NCBI GenBank assembly: GCA_963781585.1
Contig: CAWAGQ010000005.1
Location: 160,001-224,000 of the forward strand
Reading direction: 5' to 3'
DNA: 64,000 nucleotides
From: an uncultured Gemmatimonadaceae bacterium
Lineage (GTDB): Bacteria; Gemmatimonadota; Gemmatimonadetes; Gemmatimonadales; Gemmatimonadaceae
Below are positions 18,807 through 29,367 of the stretch, piece by piece. The notes under the pieces are model-generated. The model did no database searches. It was not told where the DNA came from and saw only the letters and a program-made list of their open reading frames with translations. A program made the translations under genes and the position numbers. Positions within the stretch are counted from its first letter, which is position 1. Each line of letters starts with the position of its first letter.

Positions 18807-19380
18807 ATGGCTTCTCGACGCAATTTCCTCGCTGCCGTCACGGCCAGTCTCTGCGCCGCCTGTGCCCCGGCGTCACGCACCGCGCTGCGCGTTGCAGCCA
18901 CAGCGTACGACGCCACCGTCACCACCGATCTGAATCGCCTGCGCGCGGCCACTGACAAGTTTCACTCACTCGACTCCGCCGTCGCCGCCGGGTATGTGCG
19001 CGACGTGCCGGCGTGCCTTGTGCACGAGCATCACGGTGCGATGGGTTACCACCACACCAACGCCGCGTACATGGACGCCAGGGTCGATATCGAGCGTCCG
19101 GAGATTCTGCTGTACGAACGCATGCCCGACGGTGCCTATCGCCTGAACGGCGTGGAGTTCATCGTCCCCTATCGGGCGTGGTCACGCGACTCCGTGGCTC
19201 CGGTTATCATGGGACAGCGCCTCAAGTACGAGGACAACCTCAAACTCTGGTATCTCCACGTGTGGGCGTGGCAGACCAATCCCGACGGCCTGTTCGCCGA
19301 CTTCCACCCGGACGTGCAGTGCCCGGACAGCGCCCGCAAGGTATTCATGCCGTACATGCAGCCGCCGCAGCTGCCCCTAA
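18807..19380 (+). CDS. Tat-signal lipoprotein of the 'MGYH...PEILLY...LHVWAW..NPDGLFADF' hypothetical family (stop shifted by an extra C)
   Basis: SRRNFL Tat motif and lipobox-like 'CAAC'. Removing one C from CCCC at 19374-19377 puts TAA 19378-19380 in frame; as written, the ORF runs antisense to 19886. Confidence 0.8.
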
Positions 19381-20042
19381 AGCAGGTTCTCGCGCACCGC
19401 CCGCGCCACCGCCCCGCTGCGGTTGTTCACGTGCAGCTTGGCGTAGATGTTGCGCACGTGACCGTCGATGGTGTGCGGGCTCAGGCGCAGCTCCCCGGCG
19501 ATGTCGTTCTTGGTGAGCCCGTCCACCAGCCGCTGGAGGATCTGGCGTTCGCGGTCGGAGAGGCCGTAGTCGGTCTGCGGCGTGGCCATGCGCGCGAACA
19601 TCTCGAGCACCCGGCGCGCGATCTGCGCGTCCATCGCCGCGCCGCCATCAAGCACTTTCTCGATCCCGCCCATGATCTCGTCCCGGGGCGACGATTTGAG
19701 CAGGTACCCGGACGCGCCCGCGCACACGGCCTCGAAGATCTTCTCGTTGCTCTGGTGCACGGTGAGCATGACCACCGGGATCGACGGATTGGTCTTCCGG
19801 ATGGATCGAACGCAGTCGGTCCCGCTCATGCCGGGCAGGGCCAGATCCATGAGAATGAGGCGGGGCAGTTCCTTCCCGTCGCCTAACGCATCGAGCGCGG
19901 ACTCGGCATCGGCGAACAGCTCGGTGCAGGTGAACCGGTCACTCTGGTCGAGCAGCTCGCCCAGGGTGCGCCGATACATCGCGCTGTCCTCCACCACCCA
20001 GATGGGCGCCCGATGATTCGCAGTGCGACCGGCCCCGCTCAT
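19377..20042 (-). CDS. NarL/LuxR family response regulator
   Basis: 'VVED', 'LMDLALPG', 'GASGYLLK', HTH 'LSDRERQIL...LSPHTIDGHVRNIY'. Confidence 0.95.
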   Translation of the reverse strand: MSGAGRTANHRAPIWVVEDSAMYRRTLGELLDQSDRFTCTELFADAESALDALGDGKELPRLILMDLALPGMSGTDCVRSIRKTNPSIPVVMLTVHQSNEKIFEAVCAGASGYLLKSSPRDEIMGGIEKVLDGGAAMDAQIARRVLEMFARMATPQTDYGLSDRERQILQRLVDGLTKNDIAGELRLSPHTIDGHVRNIYAKLHVNNRSGAVARAVRENLL

Positions 20043-20085
20043 GTCGCCCAAGGTAGACACCGGGCCTGACGCGCGCACGACGCGT

Positions 20086-23058
20086 TCACGTCGTCTTCAC
20101 CGTGACCCGCGCCGTCGTCCCCCCGCCCGGCTGGCTGGTCAGTTCCAGATTCCCGCCCAGCCGGGCGGCTCGCTCCCGCACGCTCTTCAGCCCTGTCCCG
20201 CGACGGGAACCGTTCGGACTGAATCCCACGCCATTGTCGGACACCGTCACCTCGATCCCCCGCCCGCGGGGCGCCACCGCGATGTGCACTTCGGTCGCCT
20301 GGGCGTGCCTGACGACGTTGTGCAGGAGCTCCTTGTACAACAGCAGGAGGTCGCGGCGATCCGCCATGCCGACGTGCTCCGGGAGCGCGCCCACCGCCGG
20401 CGCGTCGAACGTCACCCGGATGTCCCGCAGCAGTCCGGTAGCGACGTCCTTCATTCGGGTCACGACGTCATCGAGCCGGTCGGCATCCGGATCGATCGCC
20501 CACACGATGTCGCGCAGGTCGTCCACCATCTCGCGCGCCGACTGGCCGATCCGCTGGAGCTGCACGCGTTCGGGCCCGGCCGCCGAGCCGCCGCGATCCC
20601 GGGAATCGGACAACAGAGCGATGCTGCTCAGGCCCGCGCCGATCTCGTCATGCAGATCGCGGGAAATGCGGAGCCGGAGCCGTTCGGTCGCCACTGCCTG
20701 ACGCAGACGAACCCGGTGCGCCCCCCACAACAACACGGCGAACAGCAGGAGGATCAGGCCACGAAACCACGCCGTGCGCCAGACCGGCGGCACCACCTGA
20801 AGCCGAATTGCGCCGCCTGGCGTGCTCCACCCTCCGTCCGCGCCACCCGCCACCTGTACCTGGAACGTGTACGTTCCGGGCGAAGGCGTGGAGTAGGTCA
20901 CGATGTGGTCGCTGGATTCGATCCACACGTCGCTCAGTCCTTCCAGCCGGTAGCGGTAGCGCGGCGCCGGTCCGGCCGCGAAGGTCAGGGCGGCAAAGTC
21001 GATCGTGAACGCGCGGTCGCCCGGTGCGAGTCGCAGTGGCGAGGCGGCGGCGATCGGCACGTCGGTGATCGCCTGCTGCGCGACCGTGCGCAGGCGCGTG
21101 AAGACGATCGGCGGTGCATCGGGGCCGCCGGTCGCGGCCTCCGGACGGAATCGCGTCAATCCCTCGACCCCGCCGAACACCATCTCGCCGTCCCGCAGCC
21201 GCAGCGCGGCCCGCCGATTGAACTCGCCGCTCAGCACCCCGTCCTGCCGGCGATAGCGACGCGCCTCTCCCGTCGCAGGCGAGTAGTGCACCAGTCCCTG
21301 CGACGTGCCTAACCAGAGCCGGCCGGCGCCATCGTCCTGCACGGAGAAGACGGTCGTGTTCCGAAGTTCGGGGACATCGATCGGCGCGAATCCGCGGCGC
21401 GCCGGGTCCCATCGCTGGAGCCCGTTGTGACTGGCCAGCCACAGCACGCCGTGCGCGTCGCGACGGATATCATAGATGCGCGCAGTCTCGGACGCGACCG
21501 CCTCAACGCGTTCCAGTGCGCCGATCACCCGGCCGCGCGCCACCCGCGCGCGAAACAGCGCGCCGCCGCCGATCCAGAGCGACCCCGAATCGGGATCCGC
21601 GTAGACCGAAACGAGCTTCGCCGACGCCGGCACCGGCGGCCCGGTTGCGCCGCTCGCGGGATCGAAGCTCACCACATCGGACTCGGATACGAGCCAGAAC
21701 CACCCGTCCTGATCCCGCGCAATCCCGAACGCGCCATGAGCCAGAGGGAAGCACGAGAAGCGACCTCCACGGAACATGCACAGCCCGTCGTTGGTCGCGA
21801 CCCACAGGCGCCCAGCGCGATCCTCCTCGAGCCCCCACACCTCATCGGACAGGAGGCTTGTCGACACCCCCTCTTCATGGCGGAATGTCTCCACGCGGCG
21901 TCCATCGGCACTGACGCGCGACACCCCACCCCGCAGGGTTCCGATCCACAGGCTGCCGTCGTCCGGCTCGGCGAGCGCGGTCACGAAATCGCTCGCCAGG
22001 GCGAGCGACGGGCTCGAGCGATGCGACTGCCAGACGAAGGCCGGCGTGCGCGGATCGAGTCGGAGCGCTCCCGACGCCAACGTCGCGAGCCAGATGCCAC
22101 CTTCGCGATCGACCGCGATATCCTGCGCCAGCAGACCGGTACCGAAAATCTCGGGAGAATCCCAGCGCTCGATGACCCGTCCAAGCGCATCGACGCGGGA
22201 GAGCGCGCCATCGGTGGGGACCAGCACCGCGTCCGAATCGCCGAGCGCCAGCGTCCTGACCGTCTGGCTGCGAAATGCCTCAACGCTGCGGAATCGATCA
22301 CGACCCGGTTCGAGCACCTCCACGCCGGCCTCGCCGGCAACCCAGATCGCGCCCGCCCGGTCCTCCAGCATCGCGCGTGGCGTGACGATCGAGGCCAGTG
22401 CATACCGCCTGAGCCCGCCCGTGGAGGGATCCACGCGCACCACGCGGCCCATCGGCCGTCCGCCGCCGGCCAGCCAGACCGCGCCCGCGCGGCTGGTGGC
22501 GAGTACGCCGAAAGTGGCCAACGAACTGTCCGCGGCGACCGCGCGGAGGCGCGGCGCCCCGCCACCCGATTCGATGTCTCGCAACGTGTCGCCGTCAATC
22601 AGCCACAGCCGGCCCTCCGAGTCCGGGGCCCACGCGTCGCCCGGCCGGAGTGGGGTCCCGTGCGGGGCGACAAGAACGAACCGGAGCGATCCGGCGTCGC
22701 GCCTGAACAGCGCTCCCGCGGCCTGCACCCAGAGCGTCCCGCGGGGATCGAGGCGCAAGCCGTCAATCAGTCCGCTGAGCTCCTCCGGTGCGCCCGGATC
22801 GAGCGACGAATATCGGACGAAAGAATAGCCGTCGAATCGCTGCAGACCGCGGTCGCCCCCCAGCCAGATGAAGCCCGCCGCATCCTGCACCACCGCCGTC
22901 AGCAGGTTCTGGGAGAGGCCGTCGTCCACCGTGAAGTGGTCCGCGTGCGGCAGGTGCGGCTGCGCACCGAGCGTCGCTGCCGTGCCGGGCGCCGCAGCCG
23001 TGAACCACGTGAGCAGCAGCGCACGACGCTGTGTGAGGCAACGCGCGAACGGTCGCAT
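20086..23058 (-). CDS. Sensor histidine kinase with beta-propeller (Reg_prop) repeats, Y_Y_Y domain and HisKA_3/HATPase
   Basis: 'DDGLSQN...QDAAGFIW', repeated 'D..G.LW' units, 'YRYRLEG', a TM helix, 'RDLHDEIG', 'DNGVGF', 'GTGL'. Confidence 0.93.
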   Translation of the reverse strand: MRPFARCLTQRRALLLTWFTAAAPGTAATLGAQPHLPHADHFTVDDGLSQNLLTAVVQDAAGFIWLGGDRGLQRFDGYSFVRYSSLDPGAPEELSGLIDGLRLDPRGTLWVQAAGALFRRDAGSLRFVLVAPHGTPLRPGDAWAPDSEGRLWLIDGDTLRDIESGGGAPRLRAVAADSSLATFGVLATSRAGAVWLAGGGRPMGRVVRVDPSTGGLRRYALASIVTPRAMLEDRAGAIWVAGEAGVEVLEPGRDRFRSVEAFRSQTVRTLALGDSDAVLVPTDGALSRVDALGRVIERWDSPEIFGTGLLAQDIAVDREGGIWLATLASGALRLDPRTPAFVWQSHRSSPSLALASDFVTALAEPDDGSLWIGTLRGGVSRVSADGRRVETFRHEEGVSTSLLSDEVWGLEEDRAGRLWVATNDGLCMFRGGRFSCFPLAHGAFGIARDQDGWFWLVSESDVVSFDPASGATGPPVPASAKLVSVYADPDSGSLWIGGGALFRARVARGRVIGALERVEAVASETARIYDIRRDAHGVLWLASHNGLQRWDPARRGFAPIDVPELRNTTVFSVQDDGAGRLWLGTSQGLVHYSPATGEARRYRRQDGVLSGEFNRRAALRLRDGEMVFGGVEGLTRFRPEAATGGPDAPPIVFTRLRTVAQQAITDVPIAAASPLRLAPGDRAFTIDFAALTFAAGPAPRYRYRLEGLSDVWIESSDHIVTYSTPSPGTYTFQVQVAGGADGGWSTPGGAIRLQVVPPVWRTAWFRGLILLLFAVLLWGAHRVRLRQAVATERLRLRISRDLHDEIGAGLSSIALLSDSRDRGGSAAGPERVQLQRIGQSAREMVDDLRDIVWAIDPDADRLDDVVTRMKDVATGLLRDIRVTFDAPAVGALPEHVGMADRRDLLLLYKELLHNVVRHAQATEVHIAVAPRGRGIEVTVSDNGVGFSPNGSRRGTGLKSVRERAARLGGNLELTSQPGGGTTARVTVKTT

Positions 23059-23281
23059 GATGGGCCCGGGCGAAGATGACCGCCGCATCATCCCCCGGCA
23101 AGCATGCCGGCATATCGTCCGGCTGCGGCATCCGAGCAACACCTGCACCGGTCCTCAGCAACGTGAACGCGTCATGCGCCCCGTTCCGGACGCCCACACC
23201 TTAGGCAGACGTGCGACGAGCGGGGAACGAAGGCTCCGGTCGTCGTGGCCGATTTCGTCCGCCCGATGAGGAAAGCGTACC

Positions 23282-25504
23282 ATGACAGCCAGTCGATCCG
23301 TTTCCGTAACGCGATGTCTCCTGCTTGGCCTGGTGGTGGCCGACGGATGCGGCGGGGACAGCGGCGGGCCAGCAGCGCCGGCGACCGTCGCCACCGTGGC
23401 CGTGTCACCGCCCTCGGCGACCCTGCTGCCGGACGACACGCTGCGCCTGACCGCGAGCGCCCTGGATTCCCACGGATCGGCCGTCAGCGGGAAGAATCCG
23501 ACCTGGTCGTCGAGCGCCACGGCTGTGGCGACGGTTTCGTCGTCAGGCACCGTGACGGCCCTCGCGCCCGGAGTGACCTCGATCCGCGCGACCGTCGATG
23601 GCAAGAGCGGCAGTGCGACGATCACGGTGAATGACCCCGGCCCGCGGATTGTCCTGGACGCCGCTTCGGCATCGGAAACCATCGGGTCGGCGGGCGGGTC
23701 CGTGAGCGTCACGTCGGCCGACGGCGTGCACTACACGCTCACCGTTCCACCGGGCGCGCTGCTCACCTCGCAGCAGATCACCATGACGCCCGTTGCGAGC
23801 GTCCGGAAGCTGGGGCTCAGCGGCGGTCTGGTGGGGGGCGTGGACTTTCAGCCCACCGGACTGCACTTCGCGAAGGCGGCGCAGCTGCGCATCGAGATCC
23901 GGCAGCGTCCGGCGGCGGGACTCCGGCTGGTCGGGTTGACCTTCGAGGGAGACGCGAACCCTCCCGATCTCTCACCCGCGGCCGATAGCGGCACGGTCGC
24001 GCTGTTGCCGATCGCCCATTTCAGCGTTGGGGTCGCCGGCTTCGGCACGACCGCTGACGTCCGGGCGATCGCCGCCGGAGCCGGTGCGGTTCCGACGTCA
24101 TCGAGCAAGTTCTACATCGACTCTCTGCTCGTGCTCTCGGGCGACTCGACGACCAGCCAGCAAGCGTACACCGATGTTCTGCGCACATGGTTCACCAACG
24201 TCGTGCTCCCACTCTTCCAGAACGCAACCACCGACGCGCAGCTCGTCCTCGCACTGAGCGAGCTCCACTGGTGGGAAACCGACACGCCGCTCGCACTCGG
24301 AATCACCCCTCCCACGCCGGCTACGTATCCTAACGAATTCGCGCAGCTCCAACCCATCGTTGCCGCGAAGATCGGAGACGCGATCGACGGGAACAACACG
24401 GTCTGTCGCGACAACCAGAGCTTCTCGGCGCTGGCCAACGTCCTCTTCTGGGCCGACCGGGCCGCCGACCTCGGCGTCGCCACCCCCGCTTTCAACCTGG
24501 ATTGGGCATCGATTCGCGCGGGCCTGTGCGTCGACATCGTCCTCGTGGCCGACACCCTGCCCGATCCGCTCGTGGTCGGTACGCCGTACAGCCTGGTCAC
24601 CGTGTTCGGCGTGCAGTTCCTGCAGAACGGCACGCCACAGGACGCCGCGTTCGCGATGTCGCTCCCAACGACGTCCAACGTGCTCGACATCGCGAACCCA
24701 ACCGGCAACACCAACCTGCAGGGGCTCTATACGACCGTGGTCACGCCCCTTGCCGCCGGCGATGCCTCCATCGTGCCCACCGCCTGCCTCATCATGCCGG
24801 GGACCATAACGCCGACCAGCATCTGCGGGTCCCAGCAGCTGACCCACACGTCGGTCGACGAGCTGAAACTTCCGGGGACATTGCCCGACGGCAAGCTCGG
24901 TGTCCCCTACTCGGCGGCGCTCTTTCCCACCGGCGGCAATGGCACCTACGCCTTCAGTCTCGCCTCGGGCCAGCTTCCGCCCGGTGTCAACATTTCGCCG
25001 TCCGGAGTGTTCTCGGGAACGCCGACGCTGCTTGGGCCCTTCCTCTTCACCGTGCGCGTCACGAGCGGTGGCCAGACCATTGAGAAGAGCTTCGCGATCA
25101 CCATCGACTCCCCACCGCCAGCTCCGCTGCACGCGGGCGCCTGGGAGAAGGACTCGCATATCTGGCTCGTGCATTGCTGCGGTGTCGTGGTCCCGCAGAA
25201 CCGGGGCATCCGGCTGGAGATCTATTTCCCCGGTGACGGCACCACGCATCTCCGGGCTTTCCAGCCGCCGGTGAGCCCCGGTGACACTCCAGCCTGGGAC
25301 GTGGAGATCACGTCGACCAACGGCACGGATTTCACTGGAGCGAGCGCTTCCATCCCCGCGCCATTCGTCTGGGAGGGGGCGAGCCTGACGGTGCAGGGGA
25401 CGGAGCTGAGCAACGGCACACTGTCGATATCGTGGACGCTCACGATCCCCGGTGTGGGATTCGCCGAGGGCAGCCCGTCGCCGGACATCATTCCGCCGGG
25501 GTAG
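23282..25504 (+). CDS. Probable lipoprotein with Big_2 and putative Ig (He_PIG) domains
   Basis: Signal ending 'GCGG'; Big_2 'TWSSSATAVATVSSSGTVTA'; He_PIG-like 'GQLPPGVNISPSGVFSGTPT'. Confidence 0.85.
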   Translation: MTASRSVSVTRCLLLGLVVADGCGGDSGGPAAPATVATVAVSPPSATLLPDDTLRLTASALDSHGSAVSGKNPTWSSSATAVATVSSSGTVTALAPGVTSIRATVDGKSGSATITVNDPGPRIVLDAASASETIGSAGGSVSVTSADGVHYTLTVPPGALLTSQQITMTPVASVRKLGLSGGLVGGVDFQPTGLHFAKAAQLRIEIRQRPAAGLRLVGLTFEGDANPPDLSPAADSGTVALLPIAHFSVGVAGFGTTADVRAIAAGAGAVPTSSSKFYIDSLLVLSGDSTTSQQAYTDVLRTWFTNVVLPLFQNATTDAQLVLALSELHWWETDTPLALGITPPTPATYPNEFAQLQPIVAAKIGDAIDGNNTVCRDNQSFSALANVLFWADRAADLGVATPAFNLDWASIRAGLCVDIVLVADTLPDPLVVGTPYSLVTVFGVQFLQNGTPQDAAFAMSLPTTSNVLDIANPTGNTNLQGLYTTVVTPLAAGDASIVPTACLIMPGTITPTSICGSQQLTHTSVDELKLPGTLPDGKLGVPYSAALFPTGGNGTYAFSLASGQLPPGVNISPSGVFSGTPTLLGPFLFTVRVTSGGQTIEKSFAITIDSPPPAPLHAGAWEKDSHIWLVHCCGVVVPQNRGIRLEIYFPGDGTTHLRAFQPPVSPGDTPAWDVEITSTNGTDFTGASASIPAPFVWEGASLTVQGTELSNGTLSISWTLTIPGVGFAEGSPSPDIIPPG

Positions 25505-25674
25505 ACGTCGGCCCGGACTTGCAGCGGACGGCCTGCAATCGAACCAGCACGATCCGAGTGCTGTTCGCTGCGAGCAGCGGACTGCCAGCTTAACTTGTTC
25601 GCTGAAAGCTGATCGACCGTCCGTCCCGGGACGCGTCACACCATGTTCCCCTCGGCCTCGGCGAACACGCCGCA

Positions 25675-28600
25675 TTGCGACTCACTGGCACCGACCTCGT
25701 CCTCTCGGCAACCGATCTCTCCAACTTCCTCGGCTGCCGCCATCGCACCGCGCTCGACATGGCGGCGGCGATGGGAGATCGGAAGCGCCCCTACCGCCAT
25801 GATCCGCTCCTCGACCTCCTGCGCCGGCTCGGTGACGAGCACGAGACCGCGCATCTCCGATCACTCGAGGACGACGGCCTGCCGGTCGTCCAGCTCGCCG
25901 GGGTCCAGGATCGCGACGACCGGATGGCCCGGACGCTCGACGCGATGCACGCCGGTGCGCCGGTCATCGCCCAGGGCGCGTTAGGCGACGGCCGGTGGTT
26001 CGGCTACGCGGACATTCTCCGGCGGGTGGAACGTCGCAGCGACTTTGGCGAGTGGTCGTACGAGGTCGCGGACACCAAGCTGGCGCGCGACACCCGCGCC
26101 GGGACGATTCTGCAGCTCGGCCTCTACTCGGAGATGCTGGCGGCTATCCAGGGATCTCGCCCCGAGTACTTCCACGTCATCACGCCGGACCCGCTCACGC
26201 CGGTCCATTCGTTTCGCGTCGACGACTTCGCTGCCTACTTCCGCCTCGTCCGCCGCCAGATGACCGATGCTGTCGCCGATGAGTACCCGGCGATACTCGC
26301 CGCCAACTACCCCGATCCCGTCGAGCACTGCGAGGTGTGCCCGTGGGATCCGGAGTGCCGGGAAAAGCGTCGCGCCGACGATCATCTCTCGCTCGTAGCC
26401 GGGATCACGCGACTGCAACGGCGGGAACTGGAGGGCAGGAGCGTCTCCACGCTCACGCAGCTCGCCGGGTTGCCGGTGCCGCTCCCGTTCAGGCCGCGTC
26501 GTGGATCGGTGGAGACGTACCACCGCGTACGCGAGCAGGCGAGGGTGCAGCTCGACTCGCGCGGACGGACGCCGCCACTGCACGAACTGCGCGAGGTCAC
26601 GATCGGAGAAGGGCTGTGCCGTCTGCCCGAGCCGTCGCCGCGCGATCTGTTTCTCGACCTCGAAGGCGACCACTTCGCGATCAGCGGCGAATCCGACACT
26701 GGGCCAGATCAACAGCGCGGACGCGAGTACCTCTTCGGTCTGGTCCGTGCCGGCGCCGATGGGAACCCGGACTACCTCAGCTGGTGGGCGTTCGACGAGC
26801 GCGAGGAGCGTGCGGCGTTCGAAGAGGTCATTGACCTGATCATGGAGGCCTTGCGCGACGACCCGTCGATGCACGTTTACCACTACGCGCCCTACGAGCC
26901 ATCGGCGTTCAAGCGCTTGATGGGTCGTTATGCGACGCGCGGGGAGGAACTGGACCGTCTGCTGCGCGGTGGCCGCTTCGTCGATCTCTATGCCGTCGTG
27001 CGACAGGCAATGTGGGCCGGCGTGGAGAGCTACTCCATCAAGCGACTGGAGCCGCTCTACGGTTTCACCCGCGACGTCGACCTCGGCCGCGCCAACGAGA
27101 GCCTTGCGGTGATGGAGCAGGCGCTGTGGCTCGGGCGAGCGACCGATCTCCCTCGTGAGGTGCGCGACGTGGTGGAGGGATACAATCGCGACGACTGCAT
27201 CTCGACGCTTCGCCTTCGCGACTGGCTGGAGCGCGTGCGGGAGGAAGCAGTCGCCGGCGGCGCGGACGTGCCGCGTCCGGTGCCTCCGGCCGATCAGGCG
27301 AGCGCACAGGTCGCCGAGCGCGATGCGCGGGTAACCGAGCTGCGCGCGCGACTGCTCGCGGATGTGCCGGAGACGCCGAGCGAGCTCACGGGCGAGCACC
27401 GTGCGCGCTACATCCTGGCGTACCTGCTCGACTGGCATCGGCGCGAGGACAAGGCGACCTGGTGGGAGTACTTTCGCCTGCGTGATCTGGCGGAAGAGGA
27501 TCTGTTCGACGAGCCGCAGGCCGTGGCCGGGATGCGATTCGTGGAGCGGGTCGAGGTTGTGCGGCGCAAGAAGGGCGGACGGCCGACCGGCTCGGTAATC
27601 GATCGGTACGAGTTTCCGTCACAGGAAATGGAGATACGGCGGGGAGCGGAACTCCATCTGCTGACCGAAGATGCTGGGAGCGCGGCTGAGGACGATGAGG
27701 CCGGCAGTCCGGCTCCGCAGCACCAGGTTTGGCGGGGTCGTCAGAACCGATCGGGCCGCGCGCACGATCGACGTGAAGAAGGGCCCCAAACGGGCGGAGG
27801 ATCATCCATCGGCGGTCTTCGCGCACATGCATATCCCACCCAGGGTACTCGAGGACGCGATCTTCCGCGTTGGCGAGAGCGTCGACGCGGACGGTCGCGT
27901 CGACGCCGGACTGCCATCAGCCGCCCGCGATCTCCTGCTGGCACGCGCCCCGCGAGTCCATACCGGCACTTTCGCGCCACGCGACGGCGAGTCCGTCACC
28001 GACTACGCCGTCCGACTCGTGGGCGATCTCGACCACACGGTGTTGGCCATTCAGGGCCCGCCGGGTTCGGGCAAGACGTACACGGGCGCCCGGATGATCT
28101 GCGCGCTGGTGAAGCAGGGGAAGAAGGTCGGCGTCACGGCGAACAGCCACAAGGTGATTCGCAACCTGCTCGATGCGGTGGCGCACGAGGCGGAGAGGCA
28201 GCGCGAGACGGTGCGGCTCGCGCACAAGGTGCGCGATGGCGACGACGAGGATGACGATGACATCGCCCGCGGGCACGCGACGGTGGTACGCGAGACGAGC
28301 GACAATGGCGAAGCGCGTGGCCTGCTCCAGTCTGGGGAGGCGGACGTGCTCGGCGGCACCGCCTGGCTCTGGGCACCCGAAGACTTCGCGGGGGCGGTGG
28401 AGGTGCTGTTCGTCGATGAGGCCGCACAGATGTCGTTGGCCAACGCCGTCGCGGCCTCGGGCGCCGCGAACAGCCTCGTCCTGCTCGGTGATCCCCAGCA
28501 GCTGGCGCAGCCGATCAAGGGCAGTCATCCCGATGGCGCCGGCGTCTCGGCCCTCGAACACATGCTGGGCGGGCACAAGACCATGCCGCCGGATCGCGGC

Positions 28601-29239
28601 CTCTTCCTGCCGATTACCTGGCGGCTTGCACCGGATATCTGCGCGTTCACGTCCGAGCTGTTCTATGAATCACGCCTGGAGTCCAAGCCCGGACTGGAGC
28701 AACAGCGGCTCATGGGCGCGACCGCGTTCGAGGGCGCGGGCCTCTGGCTGGCGGAGGTGGATCACGACGGCAACCGCAACTCCTCGCAGGAGGAAATCGA
28801 CATCGTCGCTGATCTCGTGCGGCGCCTGACGTCGCCCGGCGTGCAATGGGTGAACGAGAAGGGCGAGGCCGCACAACTGAAAGGCGAGAACATCCTGGTG
28901 GTGGCGCCGTACAACGCACAGGTAAGTCGCCTCGCCGAGCAGCTCGCGGGTACCGGTGCGCGGGTCGGGACCGTGGACAGGTTCCAGGGGCAAGAGGCTC
29001 CGGTCGTCATCTATTCGATGGCCACGTCGCGACCTGAGGATGCCCCACGCGGGATGGAGTTTCTCTACAGCCTCAACCGGCTCAACGTGGCGACGTCACG
29101 GGCGCGGTGCGCGGCCATCCTCGTGGCGAGTCCCCGGTTGTTCGAGCCGGAGTGCGGGACTCCGCGCCAGATGAAGCTGGCGAATGCGCTATGCCGGTTC
29201 CGGGAGCTAGCGCGGCAGGTGCAGGAAGCCGCGACATGA
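25675..29239 (+). CDS. TM0106-family RecB-like nuclease / RNase H-like / DNA2-NAM7 SF1 helicase (one +1 frameshift near 27715)
   Basis: 'GYADILRR...YEVADTK' (PD-D/ExK), 'FLDLEG', 'YSIK.LE', 'YNRDDC'. In the +1 frame: 'QGPPGSGKT', 'DEAAQ', 'GDPQQL', 'TVDRFQGQE', 'NRLNVATSRA'. Confidence 0.92.
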
Positions 29240-29367
29240 TTCGATGGGCCCTTTCCGCCGTCCTGGTTGTGCTCATGATGCTCGCCGCAACGACGATGGC
29301 GCGTGGAGATGGCATAACTGGACGCCCGCGATCGCCGGCCGCCATCAACAGTTGGCCTTCGTCACAG

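Noticed and set aside
19381..19886. Genuine 510-bp antisense overlapping coding region
   Set aside because: One extra C explains the read-through, and the extension has no protein-like features.
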